From contig CM126218.1 of NCBI GenBank assembly GCA_052327205.1, forward strand, positions 44,578,001 to 44,642,000: a stretch of DNA of 64,000 nucleotides, given 5' to 3'. This DNA is from Somniosus microcephalus (lineage: Eukaryota). Positions 1 through 12,839 of the stretch are shown one piece after another (the stretch's first letter is position 1; each line of letters opens with the position of its first letter). The position numbers and the translations under genes were made by a program. The notes under the pieces are model-generated. The model had not been told where the DNA came from and made no database searches. It saw nothing but the letters and a program-made list of their open reading frames with translations.

Positions 1-1857
1 TATGAGAGTAAACTAGCGAGAGACATAAAAACAGACTGTAAAAGCTTCTATAGATCTGTAAAAAGGAAAAGATTAGTGAAATTAAACGTAGGTCCCTTAC
101 AGGCTGAAACAGGAGAAATTATAATAGGGTATAAGGAAATGGCAGAGAAATTAAAGAAATATTTTGTGTCCGTCTTCACTGAAGAAGACACAAAAAACTT
201 CCCGGAAATAGTGGAGAACCAAGGGTCTAGCGAGAATGAGGAACTGAAAGAAATTAGTATTAGTCAAAAAAATAGTACTGGCAAAATTAATGGGACTGAA
301 AGCCGATAAATCCACTGGACCTGATGGCCTACATCCTAGGGTTTTAAAAGAGGTGGCTATAAAGATAGTGGATGCATTGGTTGTCATCTTTCCAAATTGC
401 ATAGATTCTAGAACAGTTCCCACTGATTGGAAGGTACCTATTTAAGAAAGGAGGGAGAGAGAAAATGGGGATCTACAGACCAGTTAGCCTGACATCAGTA
501 GTAGAGAAAATGTTGGAATCTATTATTAAGGACGTGGTAACAGGTCACTTAGAAAATAATAATAGGATTGGGCAGAGTTAACATGGATTTATGAAAGTGA
601 AATCATGTTTGACAAAGAGGTTGTAACCCGCAGAATAGATAAGGGGGAACCAGTGGATGTGATGTATTTGGATTTTCAGAAGGCATTCGATAAGCTGCCA
701 CACAAGAGGTTATTAAATAAAATTAGGGCTCATGGGATTGGGGGTAATATACTAGCATGGATTGAGGATTGGTTAACGGATAGAAAACTGAGAGTAGGAA
801 TAAACGGGTTATTTTCGGGTTGGCAGGCTGTAACTAGTGGGGTACCACAAGGATCAGTGCTTGGGCCTCAGCTATTCACAATCTATATCAATGATTTGGA
901 TCAGGGGGCCAAATGTATTATATCCAAGTTTGCTGATGATACAAAGCTGGGTGGGAATGTAAGTTGTGAGGGGAATACAAAGCGGCTTCAAGGGGATATG
1001 GACAGGCTAAGTGAGTGGGCAAGAACATGGCAAATAGAATATAATGTGGAAAAATGTGAAGTTATCCACTTTGGTAGGAAAAATAGAAAAGCAGAGTATT
1101 TTTTAAATGGTGAGAGATTGGGAAATGTTGGTGTTCAGAGGGACCTGGGTGTCCTTGTACACGAATCACTGAAAGTTAACATGCAGGTGCAGCAAGCAAT
1201 TAGGAAAGCAAATAGTATGTTGGCCTTTATTACAAGAGGATTTGAGTATAAGAGTAAAGACATCTTACTGCAATTATATAGGGCCCTGGTGAGACCATAC
1301 CTGGAGTATTGTGTACTGTTTTGGTCTCCTTACCTAAGGAAGGATATGCTTGCCATAGATGGAGTGGAACGAAGGTTCACCAGACTGGTTCCTGGGATGG
1401 GGGGATTGTCCTATGAGGAGAGATTGAGTAGACTAGGCCTATATTCTCTAGCGTTCAGAAGAATGAGAGGTGATCTCATTGAAACATACAAAATTATTAC
1501 AGGGCTTGACAGAGTAGATGCAGGGAGGATGTTTCCCCTGGCTGGGGAGTCCAGAACTAAGGGTCACAGTCTCAGAATAAGGGGTCGGTCATTTAGGACT
1601 GAGATGAGGAGAAGTTTCTTCACTCAGAGGGTGGTGAACCTTTGGAATTCTCTACCCCAGAGGACTGTGGAGGCTCAGTGGTTGAGTATATTTAAGACAG
1701 AGAGCAATAGATTTTTGAATATTAAGGGAATCAAGGGATATGGGGATAGTGCAGGAAAGTGGAGTTGAGGTAGATCAGCCATGATCATATTGAATGGCGA
1801 AGCAGGCTCGAGGGGCCGAATGGCCTATGCCTGCTCCTATTTCTTATGTTCTTATGT
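1..1857 (+). mobile_element. CR1-clade LINE, 3' part of ORF2 plus 3' tail (5' end outside window)
   Basis: Frameshifted ORF2 pieces (76-309, 605-1768) with RT motifs YLDFQKAFD, GVPQGSVLGP and KFADD; typical tail gggccgaatggcct...cctatttcttatgttcttatgt. Confidence 0.95.
605..1768 (+). pseudogene. CR1 ORF2 reverse-transcriptase remnant (387-aa open segment)
   Basis: RT motifs intact within the segment; upstream ORF2 is disrupted by frameshifts and deletions. Confidence 0.9.
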
Positions 1858-2109
1858 AAATGGCACCCATGTTGATGAAATAGATGGCAGGTGAAGTACA
1901 GATGACAGAAGCATTCTGTCAATGGTGAGAGAGTTCTTCCAATGAGGTGACACTAGATGGAGACTTTGCTGGAAACACTTGCAGCCTGCAGAATCTGTGC
2001 TGGAAATGGATTGAGCAACAGCTTCTGCCTGAGGAAAGATCATCTGTCAGGTGGGAGCTTTTACTGTACATTTGATGCTGTCAAGTAATCAGCTGGAGCA
2101 ATGATGATG

Positions 2110-2425
2110 GAACTCCCGCCTCAGGTTGACAGACGTGGTTCCCGAGCTCTGTGAATCCCGTGGCCATGCAGGGAAATTAAAAAAGTATGTGGATAAAAGG
2201 CTCTTAAGTGCCTGTAACCTACCTGATAATTATTTCAATTGGTTCCCCCGCCGCTGCCGGTCAGGTCGGCTCCACGATGACAGATGCGCCTGGGGGAAAG
2301 GCGCGTGGGAGCGAGATGACAGCGAGTTCCTGACCCGCTGTCAAAAAATAACAACTTTCCCACCCGACCCGCCACCGATCGCACCCGCTACCACCCCGGA
2401 AAAGCCCGGTGCAAGTTTCTGGCTG
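2110..2425. mobile_element. Degraded GC-rich DNA-transposon (Harbinger-like MITE) end
   Basis: GC-rich subterminal-type sequence ending in gcaagtttctggc, resembling the TIRs of other MITEs here; no partner end found. Confidence 0.35.
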
Positions 2426-2429
2426 CAGA

Positions 2430-2800
2430 CTGATTTCTGGTGGCAGCCTACTTTTGTGTTACAGTCTGCAAGTTGTGGGTGGGTGACATGGTGGTTGTCT
2501 CCTGGCTGGGTACTGCTTGGGCATAACGACCTGGCTCTCTCTCTCTTAGTTGTGGATACCTGACTTCTGGTGGCTGAATGGAGGGTGGTCCTTGGTGGCT
2601 GCAGGTTGGTTTCTTGCGGCTATCAGCTCGCCATGGCTGGTGTCTACTGGCGATGGCTAGTTATGATTTGGCTGGCAGCTGGTAGTGTCTGGTTGGCTTT
2701 TGGTTGTGGATGTCGGCCTTTGTTGGCTGGCTGCTGTTGATTGCTGGTTTCCAGTAGTTGCTTTCTGCTGGTAGTGACTGGATAGCTTGGTTCGTGTGGA
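2430..2800. repeat. Low-complexity TGG/CTGG-rich tract
   Basis: Many degenerate tggc/ggtgg/ctgg units with strong G+T strand bias. Confidence 0.55.
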
Positions 2801-3301
2801 TTAGTTACTCACTGGATAAAATCACTCAGTCATCAGGAGCATCTTTTACATGTTTAGATAGCATGCTGTGTTTTTTGGACATAAAGTAGGAAACACATCA
2901 TAAAGCACTTCTGTATGTATGTATGTATAGATAATATTAGTCTGCTCCAAAATGCTGGAGGTGCTTGAAGTAAAGTGTCAAAAATTAAACATTTCTGGCA
3001 TGTTCGTAAACCTCCCTAGAGAAGAAATCTTCTGTATGATCTACAATACAGTAATACACACTTGAAAATTACTATGATACTACTGGTTATGCATTCAACA
3101 AGGACATGTATTTTGTAAGAATTGTAATTACTGAATTAAGCTTTAACACGCGATGGTTGATGTGTGAGGTTTAATAATGACAATTTAAAGTATTGCATTG
3201 AAGAATTATGATAACTGGTCCAAGCCTTTCATTACTTTTCTAAGTGGTTTATGAAGCAACGACATCTGTAATCATCATTCTATTTTTCTTCTGAAGACAT
3301 T

Positions 3302-3985
3302 GGCCTAGAAATTGGGTTTTGGCGCAGCGACGGCTTTAGCGCCGGAAGTTAGTGCCGGAGCTAAGTCGCGCTGGGCGGGCCTAAAATTCACTACTTCTGC
3401 GCCCAAACGGCTGCCGGCGCTGCTGAAAGCTGTTAGCGCCTGAAAACTGGCGCTATGCGCTGAATTTCGGCGCTATTCCGGCGCTGCGGCGCCCGCTGCG
3501 GTGCGGCAGGTTCGGGAAGTGCAGGCCTCCTCCTTCCCTTAAGGAGGAGCTGCCTGCACCCGGCCGCGGCCCGCGATAATCTTTTTAAAAATGAGCCCGG
3601 CACCTCGGACAAGTGCCGGGCTTGCTTCTGTTCCGGGGGGGGGGGGGGAAGTCCGGGGAGGGAGCTGCGGTCAGGCGGGCGGCGGGAAAGCGGCCGGCCG
3701 CCGCGGGGCCTTTAATGCGCCGGCGCAACGTTCTGTAAGGCACCTCTGCCAGAACGTTGCTTGCGGCTGCCACGGGCGAGGCGGCCGCAACTCAATTTCC
3801 GAGTTCGGGTGGGTTACCATGGCAACCGGGACGCTGCGCACACCGATGACGTCATCGGTGCCGGCGCAGCGCTACCGGCCTAACGCCGATTTAGGGCCCC
3901 TGTCAATTTCAAAACTGGCCATAACTTCGCCGCTAGGCCCTCTAGCGCCTCAAAAGCGGCGCTAAGGCCAGTGAATTTCTAGGCC
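3302..3985. mobile_element. Young PIF/Harbinger-type MITE, family A copy 1
   Basis: 12-bp TIR GGCCTAGAAATT...AATTTCTAGGCC; 3-bp TSD ATT (3299-3301 / 3986-3988); near-identical to 53877-54568. Confidence 0.92.
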
Positions 3986-4769
3986 ATTGTTTCCTTATGC
4001 TTTTTATAAATTTAGCAGAACCATTTACATTTTTTTAAAGCTTTGACCTCGAGTTTGCTTCGCAATAACTGTTGTGTTCCATTTAGCGCTGTGTGTTTCT
4101 GTCTGCTTTTAAAGATACAGCATCACGTCTATAAAATTGTCAATGCAAGCTTTTTTCTATTGGGTGATATAATTGGTATTATGGAGTGGATGACCGGCAA
4201 CAAGGTAAGTCGTGGAGGGAAGGTTCTGCGAAAGCAGAAGTGGGGAGGGAAGCCTGATGCAGTAGTAACCCAAACTGTTTTTATGGGATCTGGAGGCGCA
4301 CTCCTGATCCTTCTGGCCCCACAAAAATAAATTCTGAACTTACCTGTTGGTGCCTCTGTTGGGTGCCTGGCAGCTTCTACAGAATGGACCATTCGAAAAC
4401 TGCTTTAGGCTCCTATCTAAATAATAGGACCCCAATTTGCATAAATTCATGAGGCTTCTGCCTGAGGTAGGCGGACGCCTCAGCCGCCTGCTTCAATATA
4501 AGTACAGAGCAGAAACAGTGCTTCTGTCTGCTTTCTGCCTGGCGAAGGGAGTTAAAACCCCCCCTCTTAAAATCTTTAATAGATGAATAGATAAAAAGAG
4601 TTTCTTTTATTCAAATTTTAACCACTGAAATTCCTTCAGTAGCAAAACATTTTCACACTACTCGAGCTCTTTATTTCAGTCTCGCAATGCGTCTGCTTTC
4701 AATCTTCTTCCCTCAATTGTTTCCACTTTTCTCCTTCATCTTCTAGAATTGGTTCCATTGCCAAGGTGC

Positions 4770-5190
4770 GGTTCAAGAGGCATTTGGAGCCCTTTTTACC
4801 ACATCCAAATAATCATTTTCCTGTGATTGGAGCATGATTCCATAGGAAGCAACTCCACTCTGGTACACTGCCCAAGTAGTTATTGTTCATGTGTGAGCAT
4901 AGCCAGTGTCAGCGGGCTATTAACCATGATGGACAACACAGCCAATCTCAATCCTGTCCCCACTTGACAGTGATATGCATGCACTTCGTATCAGGTGTCA
5001 CTGGATAATGATCAGTGGCAGAAACCCTGGCTGAATTTATCACTTATTAACCCAGGAATACTGAGACCAATTATAGCATCACTACTGGTACTGCAGCTAA
5101 TTCTGTACAGACCAGGGATAACACTTCAACCTTTCAAGATGGGTACAGCTCCGTCATGCACCAGATGTCCATTTAGCCAAGGAGCCTGTG
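4770..5190 (-). mobile_element. Degraded tRNA-derived SINE
   Basis: Reverse complement resembles the SINE at 53325-53680 (tRNA-like head, ctcacacatgaa segment); boundaries approximate. Confidence 0.5.
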
Positions 5191-6612
5191 GGGATGCTTC
5201 TGCTTTCAATGTTAACATGTTCAGGAGCAATTTAGACATCTTCCATTGAGCACCTTCTCCACCTGACAGCACACTGTAGATTTAATTTGATACAAATAGC
5301 ATACAGGAGGTGATGGATATGGACAACTAACATAATGATAAATGCGATGTTAGACCACCTCTGTTTAAATGTAGCGGAAAATGGAACTTTATTTCTAACA
5401 GGACCTACTGAGCAGGTTGTATTTTATACTCTTTTGGATGCGTTTGCATTCAGACCAGGTTCCAATTAATCTAAATAAGATCAATCTGAATGGACTGCCG
5501 TCCTCTAAATGAACCGCTGTTGTGCCGCTGAAGTGTTCATTCACTAGCTTAGAGGTCCTCTGCAGTAGTAGTTATGGTGACACTGATTATCCCTATCGTA
5601 TGCTTGAGGACAGTCGACTCATTTATCAGCCACTCTGCTACAGGTCAGAATATAGGTAACATTGGAAACAAAGCTTCAAACACTCAGTTGGGATGCACTG
5701 CCTACTGATTATAGCTGCAAGAATAGAAGCTGACAGTTTAGAGATTTGATGTTGTGACTAACTGTTGGCAGGAAATTAATTTCTTGGACATAATTTGACC
5801 TTTTGACTACCGGGATACATTGGATTTTTTTTTTTGCAATCATAAAAAGCACTGATAACTGGTGCATTATAATTTGATCTGTTGCTTAGTTAAAAAGGCC
5901 ATATTTGAGCTTAACACTGCTGGCCTTAGATGATATGAAAATCAAATAATGCAACCAATGAAAGGACAAAATGCAGAATTTCCATTTTAGAACAATGGTG
6001 TTATGCCTAGGTCGAGATGCAAGAACTTATCCCACTACTATTGAAACCTTGTATGTAAAAGAAAAATTGCACTATCAGGAGTGAGCTTTACTAAGCATCG
6101 CTAACTGATAGCTTCTTGAAATGGAGAAAGCAGAAAGTTCAGGTTCAGTTACAATAAACAGCCCAACCTGAATAGTTCCATTTCTCATACTGACTGACGT
6201 CTTTGTTACACATTAAGCAACACCACCTCAATTGTACCAGTCTGTTTACACTGGCTGCACACAGTGGCACTTGAGCGACCAGAGAAAACCTGAATGTCCA
6301 TCATGTGTGACCTCCTGCACTTTGTTGTGCACATATGAAATTACTAACTCGTTCTGGGCACTTGGTATGTGGCAAATTGGGTTTGAGGTGGGGAGAGAGG
6401 TTATGCTCACACCTATTAGTAGATACAGCAGTTTCAAAGAAACTGATACACATTGCCATGATACGCACTGGATTCTGAAGAGCTGAGGCAACTCCAGTAT
6501 GAACCTATTTAGATGGATATTTGGAGAAACAGCACAGTCAAAACACACTAGTATGATTTGGCTACTGTTGCCACAATATTTGCACCAAATTTGCCACTAT
6601 AGATAACACCAC

Positions 6613-6792
6613 GGGGTAGATTTTCATTTTAACAGCCTGGGGTGTCAATTGAGATTGCTCGCTCTTTATAGAACCCACCCGATTTTCATTCCATTGAAAT
6701 AAACAGAATAAACATCAGGCAGGTTCTATAAAGGGTGGGCGATCCGCCCCACCAGTTCACCATCCAGGTGCTGAAGATGAAAAGCTAACCTC
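6613..6792. mobile_element. Short (~180 bp) palindromic MITE, family D
   Basis: Ends GGGGTAGATTTTCA / TGAAAAGCTAACCTC; internal inverted tatagaacc...ggttctata; related to 52925-53111. Confidence 0.65.
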
Positions 6793-7665
6793 ATACATCA
6801 AAGGTTTTTCATCTTTAAAAAAATGCTATAATGCATACATGACAAAACTGAGTCTCAATCAAGCAGCTAAACTGGAATAAAAATTTTTTTTTTATGAAGT
6901 CAATAAATTAATTTAATCAGTATGCAGATAGATATTAAGCATTTTATCATAACAGACACTGGTTTCCTATGATCTATGAATCATATTACACTGGTCTTCA
7001 TGGGCTAACCCATAGAAAATTTGCATTCAAATTATCACCGTCAGTGGGAGTAATTCCACCAGAAGATCATTCCATTCACTTCTAGGGAAATGACTTGGGA
7101 GATTTAAATTTTTCATTTGAGTTTCACCAACTCTGGGTTCACTATGAAGAGATTCTACTACATTTATTTTGTAACAATCTATCATGTACCAATTTAGTTT
7201 CTTTTGTTATGTTCATATATTTTTGAAAGGATGATTATCATTTCCCTCTGATAACAGTTCAACACAAAAAGTGATGCAGGAGAAAATGCTACCAGACTAC
7301 AATTTGAATAGTTCTCTGAATGTCACTCAGATATCGCAGCAAAACATCTAAGCTGGAGCCAAATTGTTTTTGACATAAATGCCTCGGTTTTCAGACCACA
7401 ACACTGACAATAACCCATTCCTTTTATCGTTTACTATTGGTAATACGATTGGAAAACCTCGGACAATAATTTCAATGTTATGAACAAAACTGGCTGAGAC
7501 TGACTTCTGTGCCATTATGTTTGAAGTTGTCAGTAAGTCAGAAGAAATCATTAAACTAATGAATTTACATGTAGTGGGTGTTTTGCTAAGTTTTAATCAA
7601 TAAGATTTGTTGACACATTCCTCAGATCTTGAACTTCCTGACATTTAATGAATACGCACAGTTAC

Positions 7666-7878
7666 TGTGGTAAACCACTGTTTGTATTCCACTGTGTACA
7701 TGCCTGTACATGCCTCGGCTGACTCCTCCCACGAATCCAGGTATAAAGGTGACTGCTCCACAGCCCCTTTGTATTCTGGACCGGTCGATCACTCGAGGCA
7801 CACCTTCATTCTCTTGTTAATAAAAGCCTGTTAATTACTCGCTTAATCTCAGTCTTTTGAGTTATTGATAGCGCATCA
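7666..7878 (+). repeat. 5' LTR of Gypsy element 1
   Basis: TGTGG...CATCA with TATAAA and AATAAA; differs from the 3' LTR by 2 substitutions and a 2-bp indel. Confidence 0.95.
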
Positions 7879-7931
7879 ATTTTGAGAAGTGCATATTCTG
7901 CACAACCTGCCTCGCCATCCTTGGCTGTGTT

Positions 7932-9670
7932 GTGGAACACGGAGTCATCGGCCCCGACCCCGACCGGATGCGTCCCCTTATGGAACTCCCACTGCCCCAC
8001 TGCCTCAAGGCCCTGAAGAGGTGCCTAGGGTTTTTCTCTTATTACGCCCAGTGGGTCCCCTACTATGCGGACAAGGCCCGTCCGCTGATCAAGTCCACCT
8101 CTTTTCCCGTGACGGCAGAGGCCCGCTTAGCCTTCCACCGTATCAAGGAAGACATTGCCAAAGCCACCATGCACGCAGTGGACGAATCCATCCCCTTCCA
8201 GGTGGAAAGCGACGTGTCCGACTTTGCCCTGGCCGCTACCCTCAATCAGGCGGGGAGACCCGTGGCCTTCTTTTCACGAACCCTCCAGGGCCCGGAGACC
8301 AGACACTCCGCTGTTGAGAAGGAGGCCCAGGCTATTGTGGAGGCTGTGCGTCATTGGAGGCACTACCTGGCCGGAAAACGATTTACCCTGCTCACTGACC
8401 AGCGTTCAGTTGCTTTCATGTTTAACAACAAGCAGAGGGGCAAAATCAAAAACGACAAGATCTTGAGGTGGAGAATCGAACTTTCCACCTACAATTACGA
8501 GATCTTGTACCGGCCCGGGAAGCTCAATGAACCCCCGGATGCTCTATCGCGTGGCACCTGCACCAGCGCGCAGATCGATACACTGCGGGCCCTCCACAAT
8601 GACCTCTGCCACCCGGGGGTCACCAGGTTCTTCCACTTCATCAAGGCCCGCAACCTGCCTTACTCCATTGAGGAGGTCAGGACCATGACCAGGAACTGCC
8701 AAGTCTGCGCTGAGTGCAAACCGCACTTTTACAGACCAGACAGGGCTCACCTGATAAAAGCCACTCGCCCCTTCGAGCGCCTGAGCGTTGATTTTAAAGG
8801 CCTCTCCCCTCCTCCGACCGCAATGTGTACTTCCTCAATATTATTGATGAGTACTCCCGTTTCCCGTTCGCCATCCCCTGCCCGGACATGACCAGTGCCA
8901 CGGTCATTAAATGTCTGAACGACCTCTTCACCCTGTTCGGTTTCCCCAGCTATATCCATAGCGACCGGGGCTCATCGTTTATGAGCGACGAACTCCGTCA
9001 GTACCTGCTAGCTAGGGGTATTGCCACAAGCAGGACCACCAGTTACAACCCCCGGGGGAACGGACAGGTGGAAAGAGAGAATGCGACAGTTTGGAAGGCC
9101 GCCCTGCTAGCCTTAAAGTCTAGGGGCCTTCCGACCTCCCGCTGGCAGGATGTGCTCCCCGATGCGCTCCACTCTATTCAGTCACTGCTCTGCACTGCCA
9201 CTAACGCCACCCCTCATGAGAAAATGTTTGTCTTCCCAAGGAAGTCCACATCGGGGACATCGCTACTGCCATGGCTGACGTCCCCAGGGCCGGTCCTACT
9301 GAGAAGACATGTGAGGACCCATAAAACGGACCCCCTGGTCGAGAGGGTCGACCTCCTCCACGCCAACCCCCAGTATGCTTACATTGCGTACCCGGACGGG
9401 TGGCAGGACACAGTCTCCATAAGAGACCTCGCACCCTCAGGGGCCGCAGTAACCCACCACCCACTACCACCCCCCCCGCCACGATCCGATATCCAGCCCC
9501 AGCAGACGGCAGGCCTGGGCCCCGCGACCCACTCGACATCTACGAGGACTACACACCAGTGCCCCAGCCTACGCGGGACTCGACGCCGGAAGCTTCACTA
9601 CCCCTGCCGTCGCCACGTTGATCACAGCGGCAGACAAGACCTCCGGAGAGACTCCAATACACTAACTTTT
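7932..9670 (+). pseudogene. pol remnant: RT connection, RNase H and integrase, frameshifted near 8800
   Basis: ORF 7932-8891 (ESDVSD, EKEAQAIV, TDQRS, DALSR, HHCC zinc finger) and ORF 8825-9769 (IIDEYSRF, SDRGSSF, GNGQVER). Confidence 0.9.
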
Positions 9671-9714
9671 AATACACTTCACCCCGCCGGACTCAATTTT
9701 AAACAAGGGGTGAA

Positions 9715-9925
9715 TGTGGTAAACCACTGTTTGTATTCCAGTGTACATGCCTGTACATGCCTCGGCTGACTCCTCCCACGAATCCAGGTATAAAGGTGAC
9801 TGCTCCACAGCCCCTTTGTATTCTGGACCGGTCGACCACTCGAGGCACACCTTCATTTTCTTGTTAATAAAAGCCTGTTAATTACTCGCTTAATCTCAGT
9901 CTTTTGAGTTATTGATAGCGCATCA
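9715..9925 (+). repeat. 3' LTR of Gypsy element 1
   Basis: Direct repeat of 7666-7878, preceded by the PPT and followed by the TSD. Confidence 0.95.
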
Positions 9926-10667
9926 GTTACAAAGTCTATTGACCAATGATTGCCTGGACTGAATGTGCCAATTAGTTTGTTGACTAGTTTCCAGCATTTG
10001 TTCATGCTGTAAAACATATGTGTTATGCATAACTCTCTGGGTTAATTTTGGTGAAAAGGTATGTTAACAGGAATGCCAGACAGCTAGAAAGTGGGAATGA
10101 GCAATGTATCCATTTGAGCTGTAGATCAGAAGGAGAACACTTGCCAATGACATTGCATGTACATTTGGCAAAAGCAGCAGGAACAAGTCATGATCATTGG
10201 TAGCCATGGCTACACAGAGTTATAAATGGGACCTCATTATTGGTAGGTGTGTTATACTGAGGTTTCATTATATTAATAACTAAGAATGTATCACATAGTT
10301 CTTGCAATATTTAATATTATTAATTCTGTGGGGAGATGTTATTAATTTCTGTGTCCAACTCTCTTGGAATGTATTTTTCTCCATATAAATGGATTATTTA
10401 CTTTAAAAAATCATTGGTAATAACCGGCTGTTTCTTCAGCTACTTAGAACTAAGTGTTTCTCGTTAATATTCGCATCACTGTTAAAATATATGACTGGCA
10501 TTAATATCTATAAACTTCAAGGTATGACAAAGGACAGGCAGTAAAGTCTGGTCGCGGTAGATACAAGAAAAAAGATGGAGAAGAAAAGACTGATATCAGA
10601 GCTGAGAGATATACCGATCAGTAAAGATTGAACAGGCTGGGGCTCTTTTCTCAGGATTAGATATAGA

Positions 10668-11468
10668 GGGCTTGATTTTCATTGGGCCGTTGAGGCGGGA
10701 TTGGAGGCATGTGGGGTTTAAAATTGTAAAATCGGGGGGCACGAACCCATCCCACCCCCAACCTGCCTCCATGCCAGTTTCAAAGGAGGCGGGTACCCGA
10801 CCTGTGCGGGAAGGGGATTAGTGCCAATTAACTACCTGTTAACAGGCAGTTTTTAGCCTAATCCCTATTTTTATCCCTGAAGTGTGGGATTCCCGACGGC
10901 TCCAAACCACGCCAAGTTAGCGAGGTGGACTGTCGGGCTGAAGGACTTGGAGGGTTCGAGATGTCCGGTGTTCAGGTGAGTGATGTGTGCATGAGTGCAG
11001 AGGTGAATGTGTTTGGTGTGTGTAAAGTGTTTAAATAAGTTTTACTTACCTTTACAGCCTCCCTTCCTTCAGGTCTTGGGAGTCCCTCATCTCACCGGCA
11101 CAGAAAGCAGAATGGCCGTGAGCTGTCAAAAGTTGCAGCATTCAGCTTTCTGTTCTGGAGAGATCTCTAAATCAGCCTGAGAGGAAGGAATTAACTTAGT
11201 GTACAGATTGTCAGTGTTTGACAGCTTGAAAGAGCTGTCAAACGCTGATATTTCATCTGCCAAAAACTCTTGACAGATGAAATGTCAATCTGTGACCTCA
11301 CCTGTTGCCGGGTGGCCCTTAATTGGCCTGCTGAGCCCGCTGGGCGGGCTCAACAAGGTCAATCAAGTGAAAATCGCATGGGTTGGCCACAACTCGATGG
11401 AGGTGGGACTGCAACCCCAAAAGTTGTAGTCCCGCCTCCTACACGCCACCAGTATCAAAATCCAGCCC
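10668..11468. mobile_element. Harbinger-type MITE, family B copy 1 (~800 bp)
   Basis: TIR GGGCTTGATTTT / AAAATCCAGCCC; TSD AGA (10665-10667 / 11469-11471); homologous to 47902-48738 and, inverted, to 35851-36660 and 58720-59587. Confidence 0.9.
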
Positions 11469-11471
11469 AGA

Positions 11472-12473
11472 GTCTCCAGATTTACTTCTTGATGCTGCCA
11501 CATGATGCACCAGGTTGGCACCACCCCACACCAACACCATAAAGCATCCCTACAATGACCAAGCCATTCCTTTTACACTCATCACCATTGCGGGGGTACC
11601 GTTATGTCTCACCATTCACTGGAACTCACTAAGCCACTTCCAAAGGTGAACACAAATCTGTTCAAGACTGGAAAGTGCTGAAAATAAAGGTTTTAATGTT
11701 TGACAGCACATTGACAGAAACTTTACATGAACATTGGATAAAACACCCAAGTGGCTAGCCTTGTGTGTTGTTAGTTGGTATGGTTGCACTAGGATGAGGG
11801 TGAGTGTTAGGGGTGAATAGTGAGATGGGAATGTGATAATGTAGATAGATAGAGAGGGATGGGTGGAGGTGCAAGGTAAGTTGGTGTGAGTAAAGATGTG
11901 CAGGAGTAGGGTATGGAAGGCAGAGTGATGGGGATGTGATGAGAGGCACAGGAGGATGAAGGTGAGTGTGGATTTGTACTAATGTTTTGTGACACTGCAG
12001 CTAGGTCCTCCTGATGACATCCCTGCTTGTGACCTCCTTTGCAGTGTGCAGCCAGGCAGTGTTGGTCTCCTGGGGAGGTCTCTTCCGCCCATTGGAAGGG
12101 AAGAGACCCTCCCTGCGTGCTCTGACTCCCTCCCTAAGCATATGGAGGGAGTCCTGGGAGAACCTGGGCGTAGCCCTGCACCTTTGTGCAGTGCTTGTCA
12201 GTGTTTGCAGCACCTCAGTGCTGCAGAACACTGACAGCACAAACGTCAAAAGTAAGGTGGCCATGGTCCCTTTAAGGAAACCGGCTGATGACTCATCATG
12301 AATGACGTCATCAGACCCGCTTCCTCTAATTGGACCGGGAAATGCTGGGCGGGCTTTACAAGCCCTATCAATGTAAATTCATTTTAGGCAGCGGGATGAA
12401 GTCAGCAGTGGGGCCGCGACCCGCCACCGACATCGCCTGCCATGGACCCGCTGATGTGTGGATAATCCCTGCC
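11472..12473 (-). mobile_element. Deleted Harbinger element with Myb/SANT-like (NAIF1/MSANTD-type) ORF remnant
   Basis: ORF 12001-12264 RATPRFSQDSLHMLREGVRARREGLFP...TNTAWLHTAKEV resembles the Harbinger Myb-like protein; degenerate TIR ends near 12473, where CR1 resumes. Confidence 0.7.
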
Positions 12474-12748
12474 ATAGTCACTAATAATACCAAAAGGGAA
12501 TTCAGGAGAAACTTCTTTATCCAGAGAGTGGTTAGAATGTGGAAGTCGCTACCACAGGGAGTAGTTGAAGCGAATAGCGCAGATGCATTTAAAGGGAAAT
12601 TAGATAAGCACATGAGGGAGAAAGGAATAGAAGAATATGTTGATGGGATTAGATAAAGAGCAGCGACAGGCGACTCGTGTGGGGAATAAACACCGGCATG
12701 GACTTGTTGGGCCGAATGGCCTGTTTCTGTGCTGTAAATAGTGTCTAA
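12474..12748 (+). mobile_element. CR1 LINE 3' end (an upstream piece lies at about 10590-10652)
   Basis: REFRRNFFIQRVVRMW C-terminal motif; tail gggccgaatggcctgtttctgtgctgt. Confidence 0.85.
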
Positions 12749-12839
12749 TACTTTGTAAAGAAAGGCAGAAAATAAAAGAGAATAAACAAGTGGATGCAAA
12801 ATAAGAAAGAAACGGATAAGAGTCGGTGAAAGAAAACAC

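Larger units (their letters stand above)
7666..9925 (+). mobile_element. Internally deleted Ty3/Gypsy LTR retrotransposon (LTR, RT end, RNase H, integrase, PPT, LTR)
   Basis: TG...CA LTRs at 7666-7878 and 9715-9925; 5-bp TSD GTTAC (7661-7665 / 9926-9930); PPT aaacaaggggtgaa at 9701-9714; RNase H then integrase order. Confidence 0.95.

Noticed and set aside
3585-3965. GC-rich ORFs and apparent CpG islands at 3.3-4.0, 53.9-54.6 and 60.0-60.7 kb as host genes or promoters
   Set aside because: They lie entirely inside TIR/TSD-bounded MITEs; the ORFs reflect stop-poor GC-rich sequence
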